A stretch of DNA of 64,000 nucleotides from Eledone cirrhosa (Eukaryota). The notes under the pieces were generated by a model. That model did no database searches and had not been told where the DNA came from. It worked only from the letters and a program-made list of their open reading frames with translations. Where the stretch lies: the NCBI GenBank assembly GCA_964016885.1, contig OZ024741.1, positions 187,302,001 to 187,366,000 on the forward strand, read 5' to 3'. The stretch's first letter is position 1. Each line of letters begins with the position of its first letter. The position numbers were made by a program, and so were the translations under genes. This document shows, one piece after another, positions 51,490 to 64,000 of the stretch.

Positions 51490-51715
51490 AAAACACAATC
51501 TAGCCAACTCCACTTCTTTATCTAGCTACGTACACTCTCTGAAAACTAGGAATAGACCATTTACACTTCAATGGGAAGTAGTAGGTAGGACCACATCGTA
51601 TAAACCACCGAATAAATTGTGTAATCACTGTCTTCTAGAGATCCGTACTATAATCTTTTCGAAACTAGACCTCCTAAATAGAAAGTCAGCACCACTACCG
51701 ACACTCGTTCCATAA
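51490..51715 (+). pseudogene. Penelope-like GIY-YIG endonuclease C-terminal remnant
   Basis: STSLSSYVHSLKTRNRPFTLQWEVVGRTTSYKPPNKLCNHCLLEIRTIIFSKLDLLNRKS fits the W..Y..CxxCLxE..LLN(K/R) pattern of PLE endonucleases. Confidence 0.65.
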
Positions 51716-53482
51716 CTTTAAACCTAGCTGCTAGTATATAACAATGTCAGATTTGAATTCCTCACCACCATTAACACTTCACATCTAGGACTTATCATCC
51801 CCCACAGCATCACACTCTTTGATCAGCTCTTTCCTCTACACAATTCCTATTTATCTCTAGCCTTATACTCTACAATAACTGTTAGAATTAAGCATAAAGT
51901 TACCACCTTTTGATATAACTAATATAGCTTAAGTGTATTATATACAGTAATGGATATATAATATGTAGAGACATTTAATATAATATGTAATAATAAATGA
52001 TATATACATTTATAATTAAATGTTTAATTAATAGCATGTATATAAGGGAGTTACTTTTAACACAATATAATAATAATTGTTTCTACTTTTGGCACAAGGC
52101 CAGCAATTATCCCAGTACATGACTGGTACTTTATTTTATCGACCCCGTAAGGATGAAAGGCAAAGTTAACCTCGGCGGGATTTGAACTCAGAATGGCAAG
52201 GGCTGTAACTCTATGCTGCAAAGCATGGCGTCCGACCCTCTACCGATACTGCATAATAATAATAAAGTATATATACATTCATAATTGAATATATAAAGTA
52301 ATAGCATTGTATATAAGGGATTAACTTTTAACACAATATTGTAAATTATTACACATATGATGTAACTACTTCGACATTTAAACAGCTATACAATTTTTCC
52401 ATAACATATATCTTGTCCAGTAATGAATAGATAACAATCTAAAGAGACCGTTAATGTATTATAGGAAAATACACTGTATTTAAAATTAAGTATAAATATA
52501 TAACATTATGTCATAGAAATTCACTTGTATCACATTATAATGTGTATTAGAGCAAAGAATTTAAATAATTGAATTTATTAGCTAGTTACCTCCCCTTACG
52601 CATTGGCTCCCCTTAATCTTGGATCACATACTTACTTCCGGAAACTAAACCGTTGGAAAAACTACCTGTTGAACAACACTAATCCAGGAATAAGAATACA
52701 ATAAGAATAATTTACAATCCATTGCTTTAACAAACTTAAAACATTCAATATAAACATTAACTAAAATATAATTCAACATATGTAATGGAAAAGACTGCAA
52801 TAACTTTGTTTTTCTCAACACACACAAATTCGAACACTATCAACATATTACATCCGCCATAGATTTTAATACATTAACATATTTGCTTAACATACAGTAT
52901 TTATTTATCTATATATGCATAATACCTTTGCTTATTTCCTTCTCATATATATGACTAACGCATGTGCACTTTCTACACGCTTGCATATGTACTGCTACTG
53001 TACTATTCCTCTCTCAATGACTCTTTAATTATTAGACTATTCTCTTGTATTATCTGTTGCATGTATTCCACACTGTACTTTTAATTTGAATTATTGTATA
53101 ATTCTCGTATGATATATGTCGCACCCAGTACACCCTATAAATACGAAACTGTTGCTCACAACATCAATATATATGTATCTATATGATTGTTCAGTTGAAT
53201 AGGAGGTTAATTATATGTAAAAACATTGATGACTCCAAATGACTCCGATGACTCCAAACGAAAATTTGGAAGAAACGATTGTCAGCTATTAAATGATTTG
53301 AACACAACTTTGTTAATTGTCTAATTTATTTTCCTGCTCTGTAAAACACCTGATGTTCTTACATTGAGCTATTTCTCTTACTGGTAATAAGGTAGTAGAA
53401 ATTACTGACCTTTCCTGTTTAAAGTTGTTTATAGTATATACATAACTATAAATAGTATTATTATTATATATATATATATATA

Positions 53483-53564
<82 letters not shown>

Positions 53565-53668
53565 CGTGCGTGTTTGTGTAGTGTAAAAGGTAAACAGAAA
53601 TAACAACACAATCGGTACAATCTATGAAAGGAATATATAAAGTTAACGCATGAAATAGCAGAAAGGTG

Positions 53669-53706
53669 GTTTTAACGTTTCGGACGCTAGTCATTCATCA
53701 GAAGAA
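53669..53706 (-). ncRNA. Minimal hammerhead-like motif (same family as 23744)
   Basis: CTT-CTGATGA-A-TGAC(TAGC)GTCC-GAAACG-TT-AAAAC. Flanks are homologous to 23730-23810. Confidence 0.55.
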
Positions 53707-54206
53707 AGAATGAGAAATAAGATAGATTGAAGGAATGGGCGGGGTAGAATTGGAAAAAATGTCTTTAGATAAAAATAACAGGTCCATTCATGTCGACATC
53801 CCTTGGAAAACTGTTGATTCTGGCGTTTTGTGTATGATATATATTTTAAAACAGTGGATGATGGAGCGCGTCTACATATATATATATATATATAAGTCTA
53901 TTTATACATATATAAGTATGTACACGTACATAAATATATGTATACAGACGTACAGTGGTATGTATATGCATATACATAGATGCACACATATATATATATG
54001 TACGTATGGATTCACCGAACATTTATTATAATGCTCGGTGTGTTTGTAAACAAACATCCCGTATTAAGCCATAGTGTCTAGCAACCATCGTTGCTCGTTT
54101 GTTCAACACTGACAAAGGAACGCTGTACTAGTTTCAAGCTTATTAGCTATCGTCAGCAACGTATACCTTCCTGCCAGATTGTTGAACGTATATACTTACC
54201 TTATGC

Positions 54207-54270
<64 letters not shown>

Positions 54271-54280
54271 TACATATATA

Positions 54281-54505
54281 GAAGGGAGATCTCTCTAACA
54301 CCAACAACTACAGGGGATCTCACTGACGTCACTTGTGGCAAAGACCCTCAACAGGATGATTCTTAACAGGATCCAGCCTGAGATGGAGAAAAAGCTCAGG
54401 GACAACCAGAACGGCTTCAGAGAGGGAAGATTAACCACCAGTCACATCCTGATGCTGAGAAGGATATTGGCGGGAGCTAGAGCAAAGTGCCTTCCTGCGG
54501 TCATA
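54281..54505 (+). pseudogene. RTE-type RT fragment abutting the Tx1 copy 3 insertion site
   Basis: NYRG/ISLTSLVAKTLNRMILNRIQPEMEKKLRDNQNGFREGRLTTSHILMLRRIL. Confidence 0.8.
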
Positions 54506-54521
54506 TTATCATTGCTGAAAA

Positions 54522-54564
<43 letters not shown>

Positions 54565-57500
54565 GAATGCCATGGCTCGGCTCTGTAAGGTATAGTAATT
54601 TTTAACCGCTATAACAATTGTAAATTGTTTAAAACTTGAACCAAATTGTAGATAAAAACACCCTCTTCCTCGTGAGAGGGGTCTTTCTGCCCGTTATTTC
54701 ACCCTTCGGCGTTAAATAACCGCTTATTGGGGTTTTGTGCCCAATATTCATTTTAAACCGTAAAAAAAACATGGCTACAAAAATGAATTTTCACAAGTCA
54801 CTCCCACTCATTCCGTCTTCTTCTTCCTCAATAGTCACTACATCAGAGAGACTTTTTGTCTCTCTCCCTCCCTTCTCTAAATGTGGTGTCGCATCGGCCC
54901 CAAGCGACGCCATTAAAGAAACAGAAAAATATATTTTCTGGTAGCTTTCACCAAGAGAGCGTGCATTCCATGGAACATTTCTCCACGACGACGACAACGA
55001 CGAAAAATGTGTGCGGTAAATACGTAAAGCAATTTCATTCGTCTGACGTCATGAAGAATAGCAGCAGCAGCCGTAATAACAGCACCAGCAGCAACAGTGA
55101 CAAGGAAAACACTGGTAGCAGCCGCAACAACATCAGCAGCAGCATAAACAACAACAGCAGCAACAGCAACAACAACAGCAGCATCAGCAACAACAACAAC
55201 AACAACCACTGCAACAGCGGCGGCGGTCGTAGTACCAGCAGCAACAACAAAAGTAACAGCAGCTCTGACGACAACAACAACAACAACAAGAAGAAAGAAA
55301 AACCAATCTCGTTTGCAGGTATCGCAAAGAACCTGGAAACCATCCTCATAACAAATGAGGAATTACAGGAAGCAAAGAAGATGGTGACGAAAATCGGACA
55401 CCGATCAATCTGCAAGGCAGCCGAAAAATGTTTCGAAACCCAACAGCACTGTACGGTCACGTACCGTACAGTAAGCACAGCATCACGTAGGGTTGAAAGA
55501 GCCACAGAGGCTCAAATACAAAAAGCCTTAGGGTCTGTGTGGAAGCGGAAAACGCATATCACCCGAGGCAAGAAATATGCCACCGTGGACGTGCATTTTG
55601 CCACATCCCAGGAGGCAAAGGCTCAATTCTTAGTGACCCTAAGGAGTGAGGAAATGGTGTTGGTGTCCTCCTACTGCAGGCAAAAAATTGTAATGGCCCT
55701 CCAAAAAAGGGATGGCCCCTTCTTGGCTGGCCGCGTCTGTCCTCGTCGGAATCGAGGACAGAACAACTGTACTGCAAGTACTGAAAAAAGTACGAGAAGA
55801 TTGGGTAGGCACCTCCATTGAGATGTTAATGCAAACCAACCAGGAGTGCATCGAAGCTATCCCGGATATGATAGACTTCGATAACGGCACTCAACTGCCC
55901 ATAAGGGTTGAGGGCAAACACCCGAAATGCTTTGGCTGTGGGTCGAAGACTCACCTCAGGGCCTTCTGCAATGAGAAGACCCTGAGAAAGGAGAAAACCC
56001 CCCTCCTTCCAAAACCGGTTCCACTGCTACCAGCAACAGGGCAGGCGGCAAACAGGTAGGATAGGTCCGTGGCACCCATACCCACGCCACGGAAATCAAG
56101 AACAGCAGCAGCAGTGGAAGTATTAACAACAACAACAGTAATACCAAATGCAGCTGCAACAGAGACTCCACTGCAACCATCACCAACAAGAATAAGTGAA
56201 AGAGTGGAGCTGGTACCCCTCCCCGACATCACAGAATCGGACATGGAGTGTGAGGTGGGAGAGGGATGGCAAAAGGTCGCAAGAAGGCACAAACACAGAA
56301 GCAGCGCATCGTCGCCTTCGAAAGGGGAGGGAAGAAATGAAAAAAGAGTAAAGGCTACTGCAAAGAGACTTACAGCAGCAACATCACCAACACCATCTCC
56401 ACCCACACTAGCACCACCATCACCACCGGCGGCAACCCCACCGCCAACAACAACAACACCTTCAACACCCCCACCTCAAGAACCAACATCGCAAACACAA
56501 CAACAAAACACACACACCCAGCAACAACGACAAGAAAATAGCAGAACCACACCGCACCCCCAGAAAAAGAAATGCACAGCAATAAATACACACAACAAGA
56601 AACTAATGACTTACATAATTGAACACACAGATATTTCACAGCACGACTACATAATACCAGCACCAATCAAAACACCAGCGAACATAAGACTGTTAAGAAT
56701 AAAACAGAAACAATACACAAACATTAAAATAAAATTCCCCAACGCAGTTGTTGATTTCAGAGACCTAGGAGGGACACTCAACCGGAGAGTATACTCGGAT
56801 ATACTCTCAGAAGAGCCGACGACCAGCTGAAGGGACGATTCACCAGACGATCAAGTAGAAAGGGATGGAGAAACCATCCTTCCTATACGAGAAGTAAGGT
56901 AAGTGGTCTTTCCCATCTTTTCCACTCCTTTTCAACATGACCTCACTCAGAATAGGCAGCATAAATGCGCGTCGTTTGGGGTCGTCATGGAAGCAGGGCC
57001 ACCTGCTCAACGACCTCAGGTCACTAAACATAGATGTAGTGGCCATCAGCGAGACCAGAATCTCCGAAGCAGGGGCCTTCGCACCGATCTTCGGTGCTAC
57101 GATGTGTACGCATCTCCCAGCCGTCCGGGATCGGGGGGAGGGAGTTGCTGTGCTTTTTCGGAGAGGTTTGGATCTCGCCATACGGGCCATCTTCCTGGAC
57201 CCAGAAGGTAAGTTGGTGGTGCTAGACGTGACCAGCGGAGACGAGCAAGCTTTCAGGCTAGTGGCCGTCTATGCCCCGACAGGAGCAGGGCGGCCTGAAT
57301 TCTTCCGGCGTCTGGAGACCTTTCTTGGAACGTCCCGCTCTTTAGTGTTAGGGGGTGACTGGAACGGGATCTTAGATGCAATCTGGGACTGTGTGGGATT
57401 AGCGGATAGGGGAGAAGGGTGAAAGAGCCTCACCAACCTGCTCAGGCGTTTTGAACTGTCTGACAGGTACCGATTGGATTTCCCGAATGTGCCAATGTGG

Positions 57501-60160
57501 ACTTGGACAAACCGCATCGGGTCATCCAGATCATATCTAGATAGAGTATTTTGTAGGGAAATAGATAGGTCTAGCATAGGCTGTCCACAATTCAAGATAG
57601 TCAGCTACACGGACCACAAATTCGTGATCTGTGTGCTTGACTTAGATAGGCTTCATAGACGAGGACCCGACTACTGGAAGCTAAACGCGTCCTTACCAGC
57701 GCCCAAGGTCTACAGAGACCGGATTAGCGAACTAGTTAAGCGGGCGTTGACGGGGGCCATCGTCAACAAGTAGTGGTTTGCTCTGAAAAGAGCGATTAGA
57801 ATAGAGTCCATTAGGTTTAGTAAGGCTTTAGCTATAGAGAAAAATAGAGCAGAGGGAGAACTAGTTAGAAAATTAGACGTGGTGCTTAGCAAAGGCATCG
57901 CGACCGACGTACTTGCGGCGAAATTGGCCCTTGACCAATTATTCAATGCAAAGCACGAAGGCTGCGTTGTCAGAGCTAGGGTGCGTGCTCTCAGACACGA
58001 GGGGACGAAAGCCGTTCAATGGGCCCGAGTGGCGGAGGCGCGTCGTGGCAACAAAGCCACACTCCGGTCTTTGGTGGACCACGACGGGCGCATGCTACTC
58101 GATCCCGGGAAAATGTGTGAAGCTTTTCAGCGACACTTCGCTCAGCTTTTCGAGTGCAGCGGCGGGCCGGATCGAGGGATGGACTTCAGTGTCTACCTCG
58201 ACGGATTGCCGTGGCTCTCGGCCACTGAGGCGGAGTGTTGCGAAAAGCTGATAACAGCCGCTGAAGTAAGGGAGGCAATGACTGGCTGCACAAGGGGTAA
58301 ATCGTCTGGTTTGGATGGTCTGCCCTATGAACTTTACGCACAGATTCCAGACTTGTTCGGAGGCCTCTTGGCGGACCTCTACTGCAACTGGCAACGAACG
58401 GGAGAATTCCCAGCTCTGTGAGCCGAAGAGCGGTGGCGCTGCTGAGAAAGGATCCGAACAAGGGGGATAACATAGATAATTTCAGGCCCATAACTCTACT
58501 AAACACAGAGTTCAAGATTTTGGCCAAGGTGCTACCAAAGAGGTTGGCGCTTGTCGTTGGTGGTCTGGTGGGAGAGGCGCAGACGTGCGCCATTCGCGAC
58601 AGATTCATCCACGACAACCTCCACTTCATGCGATACATCGTAGAGAGGGTAGCTAGGGAACCTGGCACGGGTGGATCCTTGATCAATTTAGATCAGTCGA
58701 AAGCTTTCGATAGGGTCGACCATCGTTACCTAGCGGCAGTCCTGAGGCTATGGGCCCGTCTTCAGAGGCTGGATCGCTGCCATGCACAGCGACATCTGCT
58801 CTGTGGTGAGAGTGAACGGTCACCTTTCGGAACCGTTCAACATCATGCGCTCGGTCCGCCAAGGATGTCCCCTGTCGTCCCTCTTGTACGTATTGACTCT
58901 CGAGCCATTACTGCACAAACTGGAGACGTTGAGGGGGGTCCTGTGTGAACTACGATGCGGAAGATCCGTGTCAGCATATGCGGACGATATCACCGTAGTG
59001 GTGTCGAACGCCAAACACATCGAGGCGATCGGCACTACACTAAGAGAATACGAAGCGGTTACAGGAGCAATGATCAACCAGGAAAGGTCAGTGGGCCTGC
59101 AGCTCGGCACCTGGAGAGGCAGGTCCATGCCGTCCAACAGCGTCGTCGGGCGCTGGACGGACGGACCGGTTAAATTGCTAGGGGTCTGGTTCGGTCCAGA
59201 CCTCCAGACGGACAAAAACTGGGACGAGGTGACGAGCAGGGTGGCTTCTCTCACCCAGAAATGGGCCGAGAGGAAGCTATCCCTGAAAGGTCGAGCGGAG
59301 GTGGCCAACGCGTACATCGCGTCCGTCATCTACTACCGCCTGACCGTCGTACCTTGTCCTAAACTCCGCCTGACTGCGCTGGAGCGTTTGCTCTTTCGCT
59401 TTTTGTGGAAGGGACGTGCTCCGATGGTCAGGCGGTCCATCTGCTGTCAACACCCGCTACGTGGAGGGCTGGGCATGCCGTGGCTGATGATGCGCAGACA
59501 CGCGCTCAGGCTACGACATCTCCACCTCTTCCTCGACAGTGATCAGGTGTGGTCGCCGTTTGCTAGACACGTTTTTCCCCAGCTCTCAGCTGGGTTTTTC
59601 CCCGGTTTTTCCCCGGATCCAGCTATCAGCTGAGTCCATCGTGAGGATTGCCCCGCCCTCTTCCTATAGCCGGGAAGGGCAGGCAGTTTTTATCTGTCTG
59701 GTGGCCATGGCGAAAGAGATAGTATGGTGGACACGTTTGAAAGGGCTGAAGACTTACCTCTTCGGTGATGCCCTGATTAACTTTTTCAAATTTCATTTGA
59801 AAAGGAAAATCAGGGTAGAGAGGGAAGTGCTCTCTTCCCAGCATTTTGTTGAAAGATGGGTGAGAGAAGCAAGTATGGCCCAAATGAATGGGCCTTCTCT
59901 GAGTATGTGTCTGTAAATTAAAGGTGGAAAACTGGGAGAGGGCACTTGCCCTGGTGGTCAGGGTCACTGTGGTCTTTTAATGGGCTTTCTCCACAAATGT
60001 CCCTCGGAAGTCTCCCCCCTATTGGGGAATTTTTTCTTTGTTATTTTATTACATCCTCTGTTTTTTTACACGCAGAAATGCCCATTTGTACCGTCCTGTA
60101 TTGTCCTGTACTGTCCTTAATGTCTACTTTATGTAAACCCTTGTGGTTAATAAAGAAAAC
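54565..60160 (+). mobile_element. Decayed full-length Tx1 copy 3 (frameshifts, stops, internal deletion)
   Basis: Same 5' start (GAATGCCATGG) and 3' end as copies 1/2. ORF1 and ORF2 are broken into fragments (54856, 55712, 56069, 56937, 57474, 57879, 58418, 58782, 59539). (ATT)n on both sides. Confidence 0.93.
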
Positions 60161-60177
60161 ATTATTATTATTATTAT

Positions 60178-60221
<44 letters not shown>

Positions 60222-60880
60222 TTGCTATTATTATTATTATTGTTATAGATGATCAGCAGCAGAATTATGACACGACATGTGTAATAGTCGTTGAGACAGG
60301 TGAGGAGGTGGAGGCTGAGTATTATGCGGCTCATTAGTGGTTTTCTAATACCAATGTCTGGTGTTAAGTAGTCTTCAACAATTTATTGTCTGAACTACAT
60401 ATAATGATGTAGATCATCAATAATATTTAGAAAGATAGGATAGGCATACAGACGAAACATAAAACATAACACATGAGTCTCCCTCCATTTTCTTTCGTCT
60501 TTAGTGGTAGTTTACTCGATTTATTCAACTACTATTACTAGTTATTTGCATTGCGGCGACTATAATTTCAAAGTTTAACATCCCCCATTGCGTTGTAAGT
60601 CGACCATATGTTGTTATGTTTCTAGCTTCTCGCTTAAATCTTCTAAAATAACGATAATTAGTGGCTTAGACCCCGTTGGTATAACTGTTAAAAGCGCTCA
60701 CTCGACCTACGATGTTCTTTTCCACTCAGACATCTCAGTTGTTCACACTTTTTCCGTCTCTGGGAGTACTTTATCCGATTTATTGAGCTATTATTTATAG
60801 TTATCTGCATTGGAGCAACTATATTTTCATGCACACACACACACACACACGATGTGTATGTGTGTGTGTGTGTGTATGTA

Positions 60881-60985
<105 letters not shown>

Positions 60986-61099
60986 GGTGGAATGTTTCAT
61001 TTATTCATATTCTTACAACATAAGCAGCATGATCGTAAATAAAGACTTATAGACAGAATCTATAGCACCCTATTACTTCTCTCATAAAGCTTTACTACC

Positions 61100-63050
61100 A
61101 CTGTACCGTAATATCATGCCCATATTTCAAGAATATGAAAATATCTACTAATACAATACTGTTATACATATTCAGTTATTCCCCTTTCGTGGTTTAAGAC
61201 GATCGTATGATATGAACCCAATATAAGAAAATATCTTGGTTGTTGAGCGCTTGATTATGCACAACAAACCAAATCATTGATAAACAATATATCGGAATAT
61301 TTTAACTAAGAACATTACCATACCCAATTGAAATGCCTAAATAAAATGCTTGCTCCCTAAAGCTAAACTGCTTAGTTGTGACTTTGCGATATCGTACTAA
61401 CAATTTTAAACAGGCAGGCACTAAAACAACCGAAACTAACTAGGGCTAGAAAATATAAAAATGCCAACCAACCAATCTATACCACTTCTAATATGAAGAA
61501 TATCTCTTTGATATAATTTCAGTTCAACACCTCTTTCTAATTGCACCTATCTAAAGAACATCTGAATATATTTACGGACATTCAGTCAAAACAAAAAATA
61601 AGTATCATATAGAAACCTCCACATATAATAGCCTAATATCAAACTCACTAACGTGGAATACTTTAATTATATAAACACCCATCGATAGATGATGAACTCC
61701 TGACTGAAAGCTGATAACAAAATATAACCCTTAAAAATTAAACACTTCACATTAAAGTATCATAAAGAAACTTTTAAAACAAACTCATAAATCCACTCAA
61801 ATCAGATATAGGCAGCAAAATCAATAAATACACCCTCGATTATCATATTTTACCTGCACTTGAAAAAGCTACCCAACTATCTCTCCAGAATAACTCACAG
61901 TCAGTAATCATTTGGTTTAGAAACGGTAATGATAAATAATCAGAATTTCTACAATTTGACATAAATTTGACACATAGCTAAAATGGTTCTATTGGAAGCC
62001 CTGAAATTTATTAAAACTACCATCCAAAATCAATGCCTACGATACAGACGTAATCCTTCAAACTAGAAAATCTCTAATGCGGTACATTTTGTCAAAGAAA
62101 TGCACAGATGCTCCGTTCTGTGTCGGCATGAAAGCGAATTTGTGGAGCTAAGCGACCTCGTTAAATTATTCTTATTACTCAATCTAAAATACAACTTCAT
62201 AGAAAGTGGTCTATACAGAGATTACACATTACTAAGCGTAAGAAATTATACCTCCAGTTCCACTGATTTGTTAAGAAATATAGTTTATCTATAACTGCTC
62301 AAAGTCTTTTAAAAACTCGACCTTTCAAATTCTGTATTCTAGCGCTTCCCTATCCAAACCAGTCTCATAATTATAGACACATATAGATATTCAAACCACT
62401 ATATAAACATTCTAAATAACCTCGTAAAAATGCATCTCTCGGGATATTAAACGGCTTACAACGAATAAATCGTTGAAAATAATACCCTCTATTAAAACCA
62501 AGCTCTAAAGAACAGTGGCTTTCAGGAAAGGATTATTTACATTAGGTACACAAATAATCAAACTAAACGAATAAGATAAGTAAGTTGGTTTAATTCACCT
62601 CAAAGCATAGACGTTGCTACCTTTATACAGAATTATTTCTACTGAAGACAGAAACCACCAAATATTTAATAATTATCACTGTCGGGCTAAGCTATATAAC
62701 ATCGACTAAGTGCTCATCTCTCAAGACAACTGCAACTGTACCAATGCAGCTTTCTGTTCCATAAATTCAAAATCACTTATGTAAGAAGTAGTATATCAGT
62801 AAAAGATCCTTATATCCATCTCCCCAGCCCCAAATCTACATTTACTTCCCGACAATGAACTGAAAAAACAATACAACATACCTACTTATTCAAGCAAGAT
62901 TCTATGAACAACACACATATCATCCATTACAGTATGAAATGGTATATAATCGCGACTGTAAAACAATTCACTAAAGACCGAAAAAGCATTCCGAGAGATC
63001 GGAATTAATTCCCTAAAGACAGAAAGACCATGTCTAATCTAAACATCTGA
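61100..63050 (+). pseudogene. Heavily decayed Penelope-like element pol (RT + GIY-YIG), possibly Naiad-type
   Basis: Broken motifs in the expected order: FTLKYHKETF..LINPLKSDIG (~61745-61815), FLQFDI (~61950), LSDLVKLFLL..GLYRDY (~62150-62225), WFNSPQS (~62590), NCNCTNAAFC..VVYQ (~62730-62800), MKWYII (~62935). Confidence 0.7.
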
Positions 63051-63595
63051 AATCTGATATGCAAATTACCATAATAAACAAGCAGAGAGGGAGTATTCTG
63101 AAGCATTTAAAATATTTCAAATGTATATAACATCAAACAAACATCCCATAATGATTTGCACCATTATTCTATCACTTCCCACGTTACCCTGCTACTATCA
63201 ATACGTCTACCAACAAATTTGCTGCAATCTAACTGCCGTTTCATCTCACTATATCCTCTACAGAAGTTTTAATTTATTGATTATTATACCTTAGGGCAGT
63301 GGATTTGCAGTATCGGTAGAGGGTCGGACGCCATGCTTTGCAGCACAGTTACGTCCCTTTACGGACTGAGTTCAAATCGCGCCGAGGTTAACTTTGCCTT
63401 TCATCCTTATGGGGTCGATAAAATAAAGTACCAGTAATACACTGGAGTAATTGCTGGCCTTGTGCCAAATGTAGAAACAATTATACCCTAATTCTTATTA
63501 TAAATTAGTTTATCAATATATTTGATATATTGTTGGTATTCTTTTAACTTCTTTAAATGCTTTATGTAGATATGCATGTATACATACACACGCTT

Positions 63596-63636
<41 letters not shown>

Positions 63637-63638
<2 letters not shown>

Positions 63639-63834
63639 AACCAGTAAGACCCCGACAGCTGAGCTCAAGCCGTTTCGACGGCTAATTCTGGACTCTGAGT
63701 CCAGAATTAGCCGTCGAAACGGCTTGAGCTCAGCTGTCGGGGTCTTACTGGTTCCTATTACCCACTCTACTACCTCAAGTATTGAGTACTTTGGTGCGTT
63801 ATGGTCCACCTGGTTCCTTACCACATTTCCTTCG

Positions 63835-63836
<2 letters not shown>
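63637..63836. mobile_element. (TA)n-embedded fold-back element family A (Penelope-like pLTR fragment), representative copy
   Basis: ~125-bp palindrome plus a unique tail ending CCTTCGTT(AT)n. Other copies at ~828-1010, 2081-2136 (one arm), 4716-4882, 6895-7088, 15410-15604, 28461-28654, always between (TA)n tracts. Confidence 0.75.
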
Positions 63837-63868
<32 letters not shown>

Positions 63869-64000
63869 GTATATATTATACACACAAACATACATACATA
63901 TATATATTATTACTATATGTATATATATATGTGTGTGTGTGCATGTGAATATGGGTTTATGTATTTATGTGTGTGCATACATAAATAATACATATAATAA

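Overview
Eukaryotic, AT-rich, microsatellite-saturated DNA, probably a coleoid cephalopod such as Octopus (inferred from the SINE types and repeat load, not proven). Most ORFs in the supplied track are microsatellite or antisense artefacts. The only convincing intact CDSs belong to two nearly identical full-length L1/Tx1-clade LINEs arranged head-to-tail on the minus strand (37434-43457, 43500-49514). A decayed third copy lies on the plus strand (54565-60160) and an older relative at 11431-12385. The three full-length copies are flanked on both sides by (AAT)n/(ATT)n tracts, and the older one ends in an (ATT)n tail. About 20 copies of a ~185-bp tRNA-derived SINE end in the same 3' structure as these LINEs: a CUUGU-loop hairpin with a covarying stem, then AGAAA..C, then ATT. 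Their target-site duplications begin with ATTA, mostly ATTAT, which points to a Tx1-SINE partner system. The Tx1 ORF1-ORF2 spacer looks like a 53-nt intron whose removal would fuse the two ORFs in frame. A second group of elements occupies (TA)n tracts: Penelope-like fold-back insertions carrying whole or half hammerhead-ribozyme motifs, plus decayed Penelope RT and GIY-YIG coding remnants. Also present are RTE and CR1/L2 fragments, MITEs, a Helitron-like element, mini- and satellites, and one weak candidate spliced host-gene fragment. Motifs were read by eye, boundaries of decayed elements are approximate, and no database searches were run.
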